From: Opitutales bacterium
Lineage (GTDB): Bacteria > Verrucomicrobiota > Verrucomicrobiia > Opitutales > JABSRG01
Reading direction: 5' to 3'
Assembly: GCA_049599475.1 (NCBI GenBank)
Contig: JBMYOQ010000006.1
Span: forward strand, 1 to 64,000
DNA length: 64,000 nt
Shown here in pieces: positions 38,278 to 48,140 of the stretch. A program made the position numbers and the translations under genes. Below the pieces are notes generated by a model, which made no database searches, had not been told where the DNA came from, and saw nothing but the letters and a program-made list of their open reading frames with translations. Positions within the stretch are counted from its first letter, which is position 1; every line of letters starts with the position of its first letter.

Positions 38278-39477
38278 ATGAAAATTTGCTTAGTTACCGA
38301 GACGTTTCCACCCGAAGTGAATGGCGTTGCCATGACGAATTGCCGTTTGGCAGATGGAATGGCCGACCGTGGCCATCGAATCTTTGTCATTCGCCCTCGT
38401 CAGAAGAAGGAAAACAAGGAGCTGAGCTCTCATGCTGGTGTTTCCGAGTATACCGTTCCAGGTGTGCCTTTGGTGGGATATCCTGGGATTCAGATGGGGT
38501 TGCCGGTCTATTTCCGTCTCAAACGTATGTTTGAGAAGTTTCAGCCGGACGTCGTGCACATTGCGACTGAGGGGCCTCTGGGTATTGCTGCCTTGCTGGC
38601 TGCCAAGAAGCTGGACCTCCCGGTGACATCTACTTTTCACACCAATTTCCAGCTTTATTGTGCTGATTACGGAGCAAAGTGGCTCACGCAAACCATGCTC
38701 GGATTTTTGCGCTGGTTTCACAATAGCTGCGCTTTGACCTTTGTGCCGTCCCAGGACCTGATCGATGATCTGCGGGGTTCGCAATTTGAGCGGCTTTTTT
38801 ACCTCGGACGGGGTGTGGATCGGGTGCTTTTTGATCCGGGTCGCCGCAGCCAGGAGTTGCGTAAAGAATGGGGTGCAGATTCGGATGATACGCCAGTTGC
38901 TGTCTACGTCGGTCGCGCGGCTGCAGAGAAGGACATTCCATTGGCTATTCGTGCTTACGAGGCATTGAAACAGCGCATCCCAGAAGCTCGGATGGTTGTT
39001 GTCGGGGATGGTCCGGTGCGTGAAAAAGTCCAGGCTCAGTTTCCAGATGTGCATTTTGCGGGTATGCGCTACAGCGAAGACCTCGGGGTGCACTATGCCT
39101 CGGCAGACTTGTTTCTGTTCGCGAGCACCTCAGAGACTTTTGGAAATGTCGTGACTGAGGCGATGACCTCGGGTCTGGTGAGCGTGGTGTATGATTACGC
39201 GGCTGGACAGAAATTCATTAAAGACGGTGAAAACGGGTTCCTGGCTAAATTTGATGATTCCGAAGACTTTATCGCTAAGACGGTGGCTCTCGCGGATTGC
39301 CGGGATCGCTGGGAGGAAATAGGGGTGGCTGCGCGCAAGACCACCGAAGCGATTCCGTGGTCAGACATTATTGGAGAGTTTGAAGGCCACCTGCGTCGCG
39401 TCATCGATACCCATAGCTCGGAGGCTTTGAGCGATTCCAAAATTCTCGCAGGTAAGGTTGTAGAGTCTAATTCTTGA
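38278..39477 (+). CDS. GT4 glycosyltransferase (Agt/MgtA-like)
   Basis: VTETFPPEVNGVA, VHIATEGPLG, HTNF, ETFGNVVTEAM. Confidence 0.9.
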   Translation: MKICLVTETFPPEVNGVAMTNCRLADGMADRGHRIFVIRPRQKKENKELSSHAGVSEYTVPGVPLVGYPGIQMGLPVYFRLKRMFEKFQPDVVHIATEGPLGIAALLAAKKLDLPVTSTFHTNFQLYCADYGAKWLTQTMLGFLRWFHNSCALTFVPSQDLIDDLRGSQFERLFYLGRGVDRVLFDPGRRSQELRKEWGADSDDTPVAVYVGRAAAEKDIPLAIRAYEALKQRIPEARMVVVGDGPVREKVQAQFPDVHFAGMRYSEDLGVHYASADLFLFASTSETFGNVVTEAMTSGLVSVVYDYAAGQKFIKDGENGFLAKFDDSEDFIAKTVALADCRDRWEEIGVAARKTTEAIPWSDIIGEFEGHLRRVIDTHSSEALSDSKILAGKVVESNS

Positions 39478-39508
39478 TCTGGCACACCGAGCGCTCCAGC
39501 GTGGAGCT

Positions 39509-41092
39509 ATGCTTAGGCACATCGGGCCCCATTTTTTAGGAATCCTCTCCAGTCTGTTTCTTCTCGCGTGCAGTTCACCTGAGAAGGAGGAGACGACGGC
39601 TTCGTCCGAGCAGCGCAATGTCTTCATTTTGGGCAATGGCTCTGAGCCCTCCTCATTGGATTTTCACCGAGTGAGTGGAAATGCTGATCTTCGGGTCGCG
39701 ATGGCCCTCTTTGAAGGTCTCGTTCAAGAGCACCCTTTAGAGCAGGGGGTGACTTCGCCTGGGGTCGCTGAGCGCTGGGAGATCGATGAGTCGGGCAAGC
39801 GCTACACGTTTTATTTGAGAGAAAATGCTCGTTGGTCCGATGAGGCATCGGTCACAGCGCAACAATTTGTCGATGGCGCTCGGCGTGTTTTGGATCCGGC
39901 ATTTGGTGGTCCGTTAGCCAATTTGTTTGATTTCATTGTAGGTGCAAAAGCCTACCGGGAGGGTTCAGTGGAGGATTTTAACCAAGTAGGAATGCGTGCA
40001 ATCGATGCACTGACTTTGGAGATCGAGCTCGAAAACCCGACCCCATTCTTTCTTCAGATTTTGAAAATCCCAGTATTCTTTCCCTGGCGTGAGGAAATTT
40101 TTGCCAATGACCCGCGCATACCTCAGGTCGTGAATGGCCCTTTTGTGGTGGAGGCATGGGTGCCTAATGAATACCTGATTGCGGGCCGCCAGCCGCATTA
40201 TTCCGGAGCATTTGTTCCGAAGGTGGATGCTGTATCCTTTCTTCCGATATCAAACCCATCTGCCGAGGAGCGTGGGTTTTTGACGGGCGATCTGCATTTT
40301 ACCAACGGTGTACCTGCTGCCACTCAGGATCGCTTGCATGGGACCGAAGATCCGACCTATCGCGAAGACGCGCATTTAGCGACGGCTTATATTTTGATGA
40401 ATACCCAGGATCCCCGGTTGTCCGATGTCCGCCTCCGCCAGGCTTTGAGTCTGGCGATAGACCGCGAAGCCATTGTTGATTACGTGCTCAAGCTGGGGCG
40501 TCCGGCGGCATCCTTTACGCCTGATAATCTGCCCGATTACGAACCTGGCAAACTGCTCGGCTTCGACCCTGAGAAAGCGCGCGCACTCTTGGCTGCCTGG
40601 GCGGCAGAGCATGGCGAGCTGGATAAGCTGGTGCTCTCCACTTCGATGAATGTCAACTCGCGGCGCGTTACTGAAGCCATGCAAGGAATGTGGAAGGAGA
40701 ACTTAGGTCTCGAGGTGGAGCTGATGCAGTCGGAATTTAAGGTGTATCTGAATAGTCTGAATCAGGGCGACTATCAGCTCGGGTTCTTGGCCTGGTATGG
40801 TGACTATGTGGACCCATATACCTTCCTGGATGTATTTCGCAGCACGGCTCCATCCAATCGCGCTCGTTGGAACTCTCCGAGCTATGATGCTCTCTTGGAT
40901 AAATCCTTGGTGAGTAGTGGCCTGGAACGCAAGGCGACCATGGAGGCCGCGGAAAAGATCCTCATGGAAGAGTTACCCATCGCGCCCGTCTACTGGGTGT
41001 CCCAGCCTCACCGTATCTCAGAAAAAGTATCTGGCTGGCCGCCGAAATTGCTCAATTTACGCCCGTTCACCGCGGTGGATGTATCCAACTAG
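39509..41092 (+). CDS. Peptide ABC transporter substrate-binding lipoprotein (OppA-like; no permease genes adjacent)
   Basis: LLAC lipobox, GNGSEPSSLD, YTFYLRENARWSD, WYGDY. Confidence 0.9.
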   Translation: MLRHIGPHFLGILSSLFLLACSSPEKEETTASSEQRNVFILGNGSEPSSLDFHRVSGNADLRVAMALFEGLVQEHPLEQGVTSPGVAERWEIDESGKRYTFYLRENARWSDEASVTAQQFVDGARRVLDPAFGGPLANLFDFIVGAKAYREGSVEDFNQVGMRAIDALTLEIELENPTPFFLQILKIPVFFPWREEIFANDPRIPQVVNGPFVVEAWVPNEYLIAGRQPHYSGAFVPKVDAVSFLPISNPSAEERGFLTGDLHFTNGVPAATQDRLHGTEDPTYREDAHLATAYILMNTQDPRLSDVRLRQALSLAIDREAIVDYVLKLGRPAASFTPDNLPDYEPGKLLGFDPEKARALLAAWAAEHGELDKLVLSTSMNVNSRRVTEAMQGMWKENLGLEVELMQSEFKVYLNSLNQGDYQLGFLAWYGDYVDPYTFLDVFRSTAPSNRARWNSPSYDALLDKSLVSSGLERKATMEAAEKILMEELPIAPVYWVSQPHRISEKVSGWPPKLLNLRPFTAVDVSN

Positions 41093-41131
41093 GCCTGCTT
41101 TTATGGTTTCTCGAAAGTAATATCGTAAACC

Positions 41132-41417
41132 TGGGAGGGGCGTCCTCAATGTCCGCTGCGATCGGCTCTGCGGAGGCTAAGGACAGCGGACGGAGGCTTG
41201 CCGGAGATGGCGCAGTAATAACGCTGCATTTAGGATGGCGTCATCGGTAGCGGCCGATCTCCGAGCGGCCGAATGCGGGGTATTAGCTGGGCGAAATTGC
41301 TGTCTTCAACCGCTCGGAGATCGGTTGCTACCCCCATTTCTTCTCTAAAGGCAGCGCCTCTCGAGGACAGCGTCTCTCTCGGAAAACTCACGATTATAAA
41401 TTGAGCTCAATGCGAAC
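41132..41417. mobile_element. Composite repeat: GGAG-REP host interrupted by a 174-bp cassette (41189-41362)
   Basis: Direct repeats AAGGACAGCG (41179) and GAGGACAGCG (41363) flank the cassette; second copy at 63705-63968. Confidence 0.85.
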
Positions 41418-41457
41418 GGGCTTTTAAGACAGCGAGCAAATTAGGACAGATATGAAT

Positions 41458-42609
41458 TTATGGCCGATGTTTCTTGCGAAAAGCCATAGGTGTCATGCCG
41501 AACTGTTTTTTGAAAAGCCGGGCGACATTGGTATCCGAATCATAGCCCATGGAGTAGGCGATTTCGGAGACAGTGAGATCGGTTCCTAGGAGGAGTTTTG
41601 AGAAATGGTCGAGTCGTCGGTCGCGGATGAATGCAGAGATACTCTTGCCGGTTGCACTGTCGAAGCGCGTGTAAAGTCCGCGTCGTGAAAGGCTTACCTG
41701 AGCGACTACATCGTCGACCCCAATCGGATAATTGATGTGCTCGGTTATGTATGAAATAGCGCGCGCCACCTCGGGGTCGTGGGTCTCGTTAGGATCAGTA
41801 GATCGACGGGCAACCACGCGTAGGGGCTCGATCACGATGTCGTTGCGGACAGGCTTCCCCTTCATCATCTCGGCGAGCTGTTTCGCTGCCTCGTATCCCG
41901 CCTTTTTGAGATTGAGTTCAATGCTACTCAGCGGAGTGGAGGTCAGTTTGAAGATGGATTCATCGTTACCCACGCCGATTAATGCGATCTCGTCCGGAAT
42001 GGAACGTCCTATGGCGATACAGGCCTCCTGGATCAGCAGAGCAAAATCGTCGTTGCAAGCCATGATGCCGGTGCGATCGGGTAGGCTTTTGAGCCAGGTC
42101 TGTAGCTTGCTAGAGTCCGAGCTCCATCCGAGAAATTCATCTCCTTGCGGGCTTTCAAATAAGTGCACTTCATGCCCGAATTCCTTTACCTGCTCAATGA
42201 ATCCCTGTTGCCGGTGGCGCGACCAAAAAAACAGCTCGCTGATACCGCTGAAGGCGAAGCTACGACAGCCGATTTCGTGAAGGTGCCGCGCGGCTATGCG
42301 TCCGGCTTGGTAATCGTCTACGATAATGTGGCTGAGTCCCGGGCGATATTGGGTGGCCGGACTGTAAATAATGGGAATGTCCAGGCCCAGGACTTCGTCG
42401 AAAATATGCGGAGAACTCTCACGCACAATTAGTGCATTCGGGGCCCATTTGCGAATAAGGTCTGAGGGCGTATCTTTCTCTTCAGGAAGATAGGAAACGT
42501 TCCGATAGAACTGCCAGGGTCCGTGGAGGTTGGAATACTCAGCGATCCCGCTCAACAACTCACGCTCATAGTTTCGCACGCCTTGGATCAGGAGGGCGAT
42601 CTTGGGCAT
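41458..42609 (-). CDS. XylR-type regulator (LacI-like sensor + AraC HTH)
   Basis: ELLSGIAEY, IPDEIALIGVGND, RRSTD, C-terminal AraC HTH. Confidence 0.92.
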   Translation of the reverse strand: MPKIALLIQGVRNYERELLSGIAEYSNLHGPWQFYRNVSYLPEEKDTPSDLIRKWAPNALIVRESSPHIFDEVLGLDIPIIYSPATQYRPGLSHIIVDDYQAGRIAARHLHEIGCRSFAFSGISELFFWSRHRQQGFIEQVKEFGHEVHLFESPQGDEFLGWSSDSSKLQTWLKSLPDRTGIMACNDDFALLIQEACIAIGRSIPDEIALIGVGNDESIFKLTSTPLSSIELNLKKAGYEAAKQLAEMMKGKPVRNDIVIEPLRVVARRSTDPNETHDPEVARAISYITEHINYPIGVDDVVAQVSLSRRGLYTRFDSATGKSISAFIRDRRLDHFSKLLLGTDLTVSEIAYSMGYDSDTNVARLFKKQFGMTPMAFRKKHRP

Positions 42610-42672
42610 AAACAGCTCTTTGGGGGCCATCTTTTTATACAACATTATCGCAAATCAGCTATCAACTTTTTT

Positions 42673-42701
42673 TGCACGAATTGAAGATAAGCATGCACGG
42701 C
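42673..42701 (+). promoter_or_regulatory. Candidate XylR/AraC operator 1
   Basis: TGCAC-N16-TGCACGGC with internal TGAAGAT. Confidence 0.65.
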
Positions 42702-42816
42702 CCGAGGTTGGTGCTTTCGTGTCTCTCTGCTATAAATGTCAGCCGCCCGATTATTTTTTATCCGAAACTTCCAGCGCGTGAGCGATTCCAATTCTTCAAC
42801 ACCCCAGTCTGCGTCC

Positions 42817-44502
42817 ATGAACCCCAAGATCGAGGCGCATCGCCAGATTATACTCGAGGGTAAGTCGAAGGGGCGGGCAGCGACGATGCTCGCTTACGCA
42901 CGCCTGTCGGGGCCGGGTTGGCTGCAGAGTGCTATCACTTTGGGTGGAGGGTCTCTGGCGAATTCGCTTTATCTCGGCGTTCTTGGGGGCATGGCCTTCC
43001 TCTGGCTGCAGCCAATGGCGATGGTGTTTGGGATCGTCATGATGAGTGCGATCGCCTACGTCACTTTGTCCACGGAAAAGCGGCCACTTCGGGAGATCAA
43101 CAAGCATATCAGCCCCGTTTTGGGCTGGGGGTGGCTCATCGCTTCGATGATGGCGAATTTGGTGTGGTCAATGCCGCAATTTGCTCTGGCGGTGGCGGCG
43201 ATCCGGCAGAATTTATTGCCTGGCGTTTTGGGCCCAGAGGCGATGCCGGACGAAATGGGCAAAACGATTGCGGCAGTCGCAGTCCTGCTCGTGGTCCTTG
43301 TGAATGTATTAATTTATAATATGGGCGGCCGAGGCGTTAAGATCTTTGAAGGTCTGATGCAGGCGATGGTCGGCGCCATTGTGCTCTCTTTCTTTGGGGT
43401 GGTAATACGCCTGGTCGTCGCGGGGCAAGTCGATTGGGGTGCCCTCTTCAAAGGCCTGGTGCCGACTCTGAGTGGGCTCTTTAAGCCGGCGGAAACATTT
43501 GCCCCATTCCTGGATGCCTTGTCGGAAGGGGGCCGTCTCTTTTGGGAGGATCTGATCGTGCGCCAGCAACGCGATGTAATTATCGGAGCGGCGGCGTCTG
43601 CGGTGGGGATCAATATGACTTTCCTCCTGCCGTATTCGATGCTGCGCAAAGGGTGGGGGCGTGATTTTCGCGGTCTGGCCATTTTTGATCTCTCGACGGG
43701 TCTGCTGATTCCTTATGTCTTGGCGACTGCGTGTGTGGTGATTGCCTCATCTTCGCAGTTTCATGCGCAGCCTGCTCCGGGCTTTTTAGGGGAAACTGAT
43801 GAGCGGGGTGCGCTGATTGAACCGGCTGCGAATTTGGTGGGACCATTCAATGGTCTATTGAAGCAACGCCTGGAGGCGGATCTTGGGTCCGATGTGTTTA
43901 CTGCACTCAGTGAAGATCAAGTTGAGTCCAAAATTGCAGAAATGCCGGTGGCCGAACGATCGATGGCGGCGATGCTGGTGAAGCGAGACGCCTTTAATCT
44001 AGCTGCCACCTTGGAGCCTCTTGTGGGCTCGACGATTGCCAACTACCTATTCGGGATTGGCATACTCGGTATGGCTTTGAGTTCGTGCGCGATGCTCATG
44101 CTGGTGAATGGTCTGTGCTATTGTGAGCTGGTCAATAAACCCGCGAGCGGCCGTCCCCAGCAGATTGGTTCTTTGATGGTCTGTGTCGGTGTCCTTGGAC
44201 CGTTCCTGTGGTCGGGCGATGCGAAGCTCTGGTTGGCGGTGCCGACCTCGGCCTTTGCGATGATACTGCTTCCAATCGCCTATGCCGTCTTTGCCCTGCT
44301 GATGAACAATAAGACGATCCTCGGGAAGGATATGCCGTCGGGCCCGATGCGAATTTTCTGGAATGTCCTGATGGCAGGTTCCTGCACATTTGCTGCAGTT
44401 GGAAGTATCTGGCTGCTCTGGGCGACCTTGCAGTGGATGGGCATTGTGCTCTTTCTGGCTTTCATCGGAATCGTTGTAATGACGCGTAAAAAGCCGAATT
44501 GA
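42817..44502 (+). CDS. NRAMP-like (APC-fold) transporter
   Basis: SGPGWLQSAITLGGGSL TM1 motif, AVGINMTFLLPY, about 11 TM segments; ATG 42817. Confidence 0.75.
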   Translation: MNPKIEAHRQIILEGKSKGRAATMLAYARLSGPGWLQSAITLGGGSLANSLYLGVLGGMAFLWLQPMAMVFGIVMMSAIAYVTLSTEKRPLREINKHISPVLGWGWLIASMMANLVWSMPQFALAVAAIRQNLLPGVLGPEAMPDEMGKTIAAVAVLLVVLVNVLIYNMGGRGVKIFEGLMQAMVGAIVLSFFGVVIRLVVAGQVDWGALFKGLVPTLSGLFKPAETFAPFLDALSEGGRLFWEDLIVRQQRDVIIGAAASAVGINMTFLLPYSMLRKGWGRDFRGLAIFDLSTGLLIPYVLATACVVIASSSQFHAQPAPGFLGETDERGALIEPAANLVGPFNGLLKQRLEADLGSDVFTALSEDQVESKIAEMPVAERSMAAMLVKRDAFNLAATLEPLVGSTIANYLFGIGILGMALSSCAMLMLVNGLCYCELVNKPASGRPQQIGSLMVCVGVLGPFLWSGDAKLWLAVPTSAFAMILLPIAYAVFALLMNNKTILGKDMPSGPMRIFWNVLMAGSCTFAAVGSIWLLWATLQWMGIVLFLAFIGIVVMTRKKPN

Positions 44503-44549
44503 GCGACTTTGATGAACACGCTTCGTTAAAAAGCTACAGATTTATGTTA

Positions 44550-44578
44550 TGCACAATATGAAGATTTAAGTGCACGGC
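44550..44578 (+). promoter_or_regulatory. Candidate XylR/AraC operator 2
   Basis: TGCAC-N16-TGCACGGC with internal TGAAGAT. Confidence 0.65.
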
Positions 44579-44669
44579 AGGAGGTGGTGTTAAAACCATA
44601 AATAGGCTATTCTTCTCTCAGTTCGCCTGAAATAGGACGCGATTACTTTAAACCTCAAAACTATCGAAA

Positions 44670-45494
44670 ATGGGAAAAATTGGAATTGGACTGAATCTCG
44701 AAGCGGTTCGCACTGCGCACAAGAGTTTCGAGTGGGGCTGCGAATTTGCGGCGGATTTAGGATATGAGTATCTGGAGCCGATGGTGCACTGGGGTCGTGA
44801 GCTCCTGAGTGAAGCACGTTATTTCCACAGTGTGTCTATGCTGGATGATCCATACCGCGTGAAGGATACGGTCGAGAAGCATGGCTTAAAGCTCTCCGCC
44901 CTGTCATCTCACAGCCAGGCTTCGAAGCCCGAGATCGCAGTCGAGTATTTGAAGCAGGCGGCCCGATTTGCCGCGGAATGTGGTGCACCGATCATCAATA
45001 CGCACGAGGGACATAAGCAGCCGTGGACCACCGAAGAAGAAGATTTTGTGCTGATCAAATACTCGCTGACGGAGGCCTTGAAGGTCTGCGAGCGCCGCGG
45101 GATCAAAATTGGTTTCGAAATGCACCAGACTTATTCGTTGAAGCCGGAGCTCTATGATAAATGCTTGAGCTTGGTCGATTCGCCAAATCTCGGAGCCAAC
45201 TACGATACCGGTAATGCTCACTTGGGTGGAATCGACGCGGTGGAATGGTTTGATCGGGTAAAGGACCGTGTTATCCACGTGCACGCTAAGGATATCTCCA
45301 TTGAGCAATCCGATAAAGAGCGCGGCAAAGTGATGGGAACTGCGGTCGGATGTGCCTGTGGCGATGGTGTTGTCGATTATCCCGCGATCTTTGAAATCTG
45401 CCGCGATCTGCCGCAGGATATCGTGTTCAGCGTGGAGTGTGAAACGCTCGAGCAAGCGGAGCGAAGCATTAAGTACTTTAAGAGCATTCTCTAA
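44670..45494 (+). CDS. Sugar phosphate isomerase/epimerase (xylose-isomerase-like TIM barrel)
   Basis: FEMH, NYDTGN, HVHAKD, CGDGVVD, SVE. Confidence 0.88.
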   Translation: MGKIGIGLNLEAVRTAHKSFEWGCEFAADLGYEYLEPMVHWGRELLSEARYFHSVSMLDDPYRVKDTVEKHGLKLSALSSHSQASKPEIAVEYLKQAARFAAECGAPIINTHEGHKQPWTTEEEDFVLIKYSLTEALKVCERRGIKIGFEMHQTYSLKPELYDKCLSLVDSPNLGANYDTGNAHLGGIDAVEWFDRVKDRVIHVHAKDISIEQSDKERGKVMGTAVGCACGDGVVDYPAIFEICRDLPQDIVFSVECETLEQAERSIKYFKSIL

Positions 45495-45503
45495 GCGAAT
45501 CGC

Positions 45504-46142
45504 TCAGCCGGCTATCTCAACTATACGCCGGATTACCGTCTTGGAAATAAGCAGCCAAGGATGCAAGGGGGCCCAGTGTATTTCGCACTGGGCCTTTTTC
45601 CATATAGAATTCGTGGACGGAATGATCATGAGATCGAGGGGTGTCCACAGTGAATAGATCGGTAGGCTGTCGGGGAGTCGGTCCTCGCTGGCTTTAAGCT
45701 GCTTCAGAAAGCGACTGGTTGGGCGCATGTCGCGAGAGCCTTTTCCTGGATAGAAATAGGTCAATAGGGAGCCGTGGTGGGGGCTGCCGAAGGTAACGAA
45801 TGTCTTGGGCCAATGGGGAACGCCGTGGTTTTGCAGCAGGGCGCGGCAGACGATACCGCCCATGCTAAAACCGGCGAGAATCCACGGGCGATCAGAGCTC
45901 TGGCCGATATTGTTCTGCTCCATGTAGGCGGATATTTGGGCGGCCAGCTCGTCCATGCTGAAAGTCCCGTAAGGAGGGCTCATGCTGGGGGTGTAGACAT
46001 TCCATCCTGCTGTGCTGAGGGCCTGTGTCATGGGCCTGAACACATCTCCCTTGTTGAAAATTCCATGAAGTAGGAGGGCATCTCCTTTACACGGAATATC
46101 CGGATTTGCAGGGGTCCGCATCTCTGGTTGAACGAGATTCAT
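45504..46142 (-). CDS. Lipase/esterase (alpha/beta hydrolase)
   Basis: LLHGI, GFSMGG nucleophile elbow, GSPHHG, WTPLDLMIIP. Confidence 0.88.
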   Translation of the reverse strand: MNLVQPEMRTPANPDIPCKGDALLLHGIFNKGDVFRPMTQALSTAGWNVYTPSMSPPYGTFSMDELAAQISAYMEQNNIGQSSDRPWILAGFSMGGIVCRALLQNHGVPHWPKTFVTFGSPHHGSLLTYFYPGKGSRDMRPTSRFLKQLKASEDRLPDSLPIYSLWTPLDLMIIPSTNSIWKKAQCEIHWAPLHPWLLISKTVIRRIVEIAG

Positions 46143-46177
46143 ATTGGAAAAATGTGAGTTCCTGAGTTTGTTTTCGG

Positions 46178-46822
46178 ATGCGATGGGGATTGGATGGTGC
46201 GCGAGGCGGATGGGTTTTAGCAAGGCTGGATCCTGATTGCTCAAGCGGTGCCCAGGTTTTCTTTTGTGTATCCCTGGCGGAGGTCGAGCAGAGGACACTG
46301 GACGACGCCCTGCATGTCGACATGCCGATTGGCTTAGCGACGGCGTCCAGTCCTCAGAGAGATTGGGATTTGCGTGCGCGGCAGCTGCTCAAAGGCCGCC
46401 TGACTAGTCGTGTGTTTACGCCGCCGATCCGCGAGGTTGTTGGGTGTGGGACATACGCTGAGGCCAATGCTTTGTCGAAAAAACTGATTGGAAAGGGCCT
46501 ATCTGTTCAGGCTTGGAATATTGTGCCTAAAATCCGTGAGTTGGACGCGTTTCTCGAGGCAAATACTCGATTGCGCACGCTGTGGCATGAGGCTCACCCA
46601 GAAATCGCGTTCTCCTTGTTGAATGAGGGTAAGCCGATACTTGAGTCGAAGAAGTTGGCTGAGGGGCTTCAGATTCGTAAGGGTCTCTTGCGCCGATCAT
46701 TCGCTGTCTGCTTCGACGAGGTTTGGGATGGCTTGAGCCTGGATCGCGCTGGCGGTCGTTTCGGAAAAGACGACATCCTGGATGCCCTGGCCCTATCCGC
46801 GGCGGATTCGGCTTTTACTTGA
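46178..46822 (+). CDS. DUF429 (RNase H-like fold) protein
   Basis: GLDGARGGW, VDMPIGL, EAHPE, DDILDA. Confidence 0.85.
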   Translation: MRWGLDGARGGWVLARLDPDCSSGAQVFFCVSLAEVEQRTLDDALHVDMPIGLATASSPQRDWDLRARQLLKGRLTSRVFTPPIREVVGCGTYAEANALSKKLIGKGLSVQAWNIVPKIRELDAFLEANTRLRTLWHEAHPEIAFSLLNEGKPILESKKLAEGLQIRKGLLRRSFAVCFDEVWDGLSLDRAGGRFGKDDILDALALSAADSAFT

Positions 46823-46858
46823 AACAAATAAAGTACATCGTGCGTTGTTTTTACTCTG

Positions 46859-48073
46859 TTGATGAGCCTCAAATACCCTGTAGTTCGCCCGTTGGCCAGA
46901 TCGTTCATATTCCTGAATTCATTGATTGTGATGATACTCATGAGTGGCTGTGGCGATTCAGCTCAGTCGGAGCCTGTGGTAGGTGCAGGCAAAGAAACCG
47001 CTTCCCAGCCCGTCGAGCCGCCTGAAGGCATGGTCTATATCCCTGGCGGGAGTTTTATGATGGGGGGCGATGCTGGCGAAATGGGTGGCGATTCTAATTC
47101 GCACCAGACCTCGTATCCGATCCGCGATGTATATGTAGACTCTTTTTGGATGGATGCTACGGAGGTCACGAATCGGCAATTTGCCGAATTTGTCGAGGCC
47201 ACGGGCTATGTGACATTTGCTGAGCGCCCGCTGCCCGAAGAGGTGGTTCTGGAGTATACACAGATGGCCGAGGCAAACCTCGCGCGGATGAAGCGAGATC
47301 TGGACTTTGTCGACGATGCTCAGCGGCCCGAATTGGAGGCGGCAATTGAGCGCTTAAAGCAGACGGTGGAGACTCTACATCTCTCTGGTGCTATTTTATT
47401 TAAACAGCCCGAAGGGGCGCTTTTTAGCGAAAATGACACCAGTCAGTGGTGGCAAGTTGTCCCGGGAGCGACCTGGAAAACGCCGAGCGGGCCTGGATCG
47501 AGTATTGAGGGCTTAGAGGACCATCCAGTGGTGAATGTAACGCACGAAGATGCTGCGGCATACGCGAAATGGGCGGGGAAACGCCTGCCAACTGAGGCCG
47601 AATGGGAGAAGGCCGCGCGGGGTGGATTGCTGCGGAAACCTTTCGTCTGGGGCGATGATTTTTCGCCGATGGGAGAAGAGGTGTGGATGGCGAATATTTG
47701 GCAGGGCGCTTGGCCGTATCAGAATACAGCCGAGGACGGTTATGAGCTGACATCGCCCGTGAAAAGTTTTCCGCCCAACGCATATGGCCTTTATGACATC
47801 GCCGGCAATGTCTGGGAGATCGTCGGCGACCTTTACCACCCGCATGCCTATGAAATGCGTGAGCCAGGAGCAATCAATCCGACTGGGCCGACTGCTCGAC
47901 AGGTAGCCTACCCTGGGCAAAGGCTAGTTCGACATATCACGCGCGGTGGTTCCTTTTTGTGTTCAGACGGCTGGTGCAAAGGGTATCAGCCGGGTTCCCG
48001 CCAACCTATCGACAATGAATCGCCAGCAAATCACACCGGATTTCGCTGTGTGAAAGACATCCCTAAAACTTAA
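46859..48073 (+). CDS. Formylglycine-generating enzyme family lipoprotein
   Basis: LMSGC lipobox; RLPTEAEWE, GNVWE, RGGSFLCSDGWC, GFRC. Confidence 0.9.
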   Translation: MMSLKYPVVRPLARSFIFLNSLIVMILMSGCGDSAQSEPVVGAGKETASQPVEPPEGMVYIPGGSFMMGGDAGEMGGDSNSHQTSYPIRDVYVDSFWMDATEVTNRQFAEFVEATGYVTFAERPLPEEVVLEYTQMAEANLARMKRDLDFVDDAQRPELEAAIERLKQTVETLHLSGAILFKQPEGALFSENDTSQWWQVVPGATWKTPSGPGSSIEGLEDHPVVNVTHEDAAAYAKWAGKRLPTEAEWEKAARGGLLRKPFVWGDDFSPMGEEVWMANIWQGAWPYQNTAEDGYELTSPVKSFPPNAYGLYDIAGNVWEIVGDLYHPHAYEMREPGAINPTGPTARQVAYPGQRLVRHITRGGSFLCSDGWCKGYQPGSRQPIDNESPANHTGFRCVKDIPKT

Positions 48074-48140
48074 TCCAAGTTGAGGTGTTTGATTGATTGT
48101 AAATTGTAAACATAAAAGTCCGGTCCCCTCCTCCTGAACT

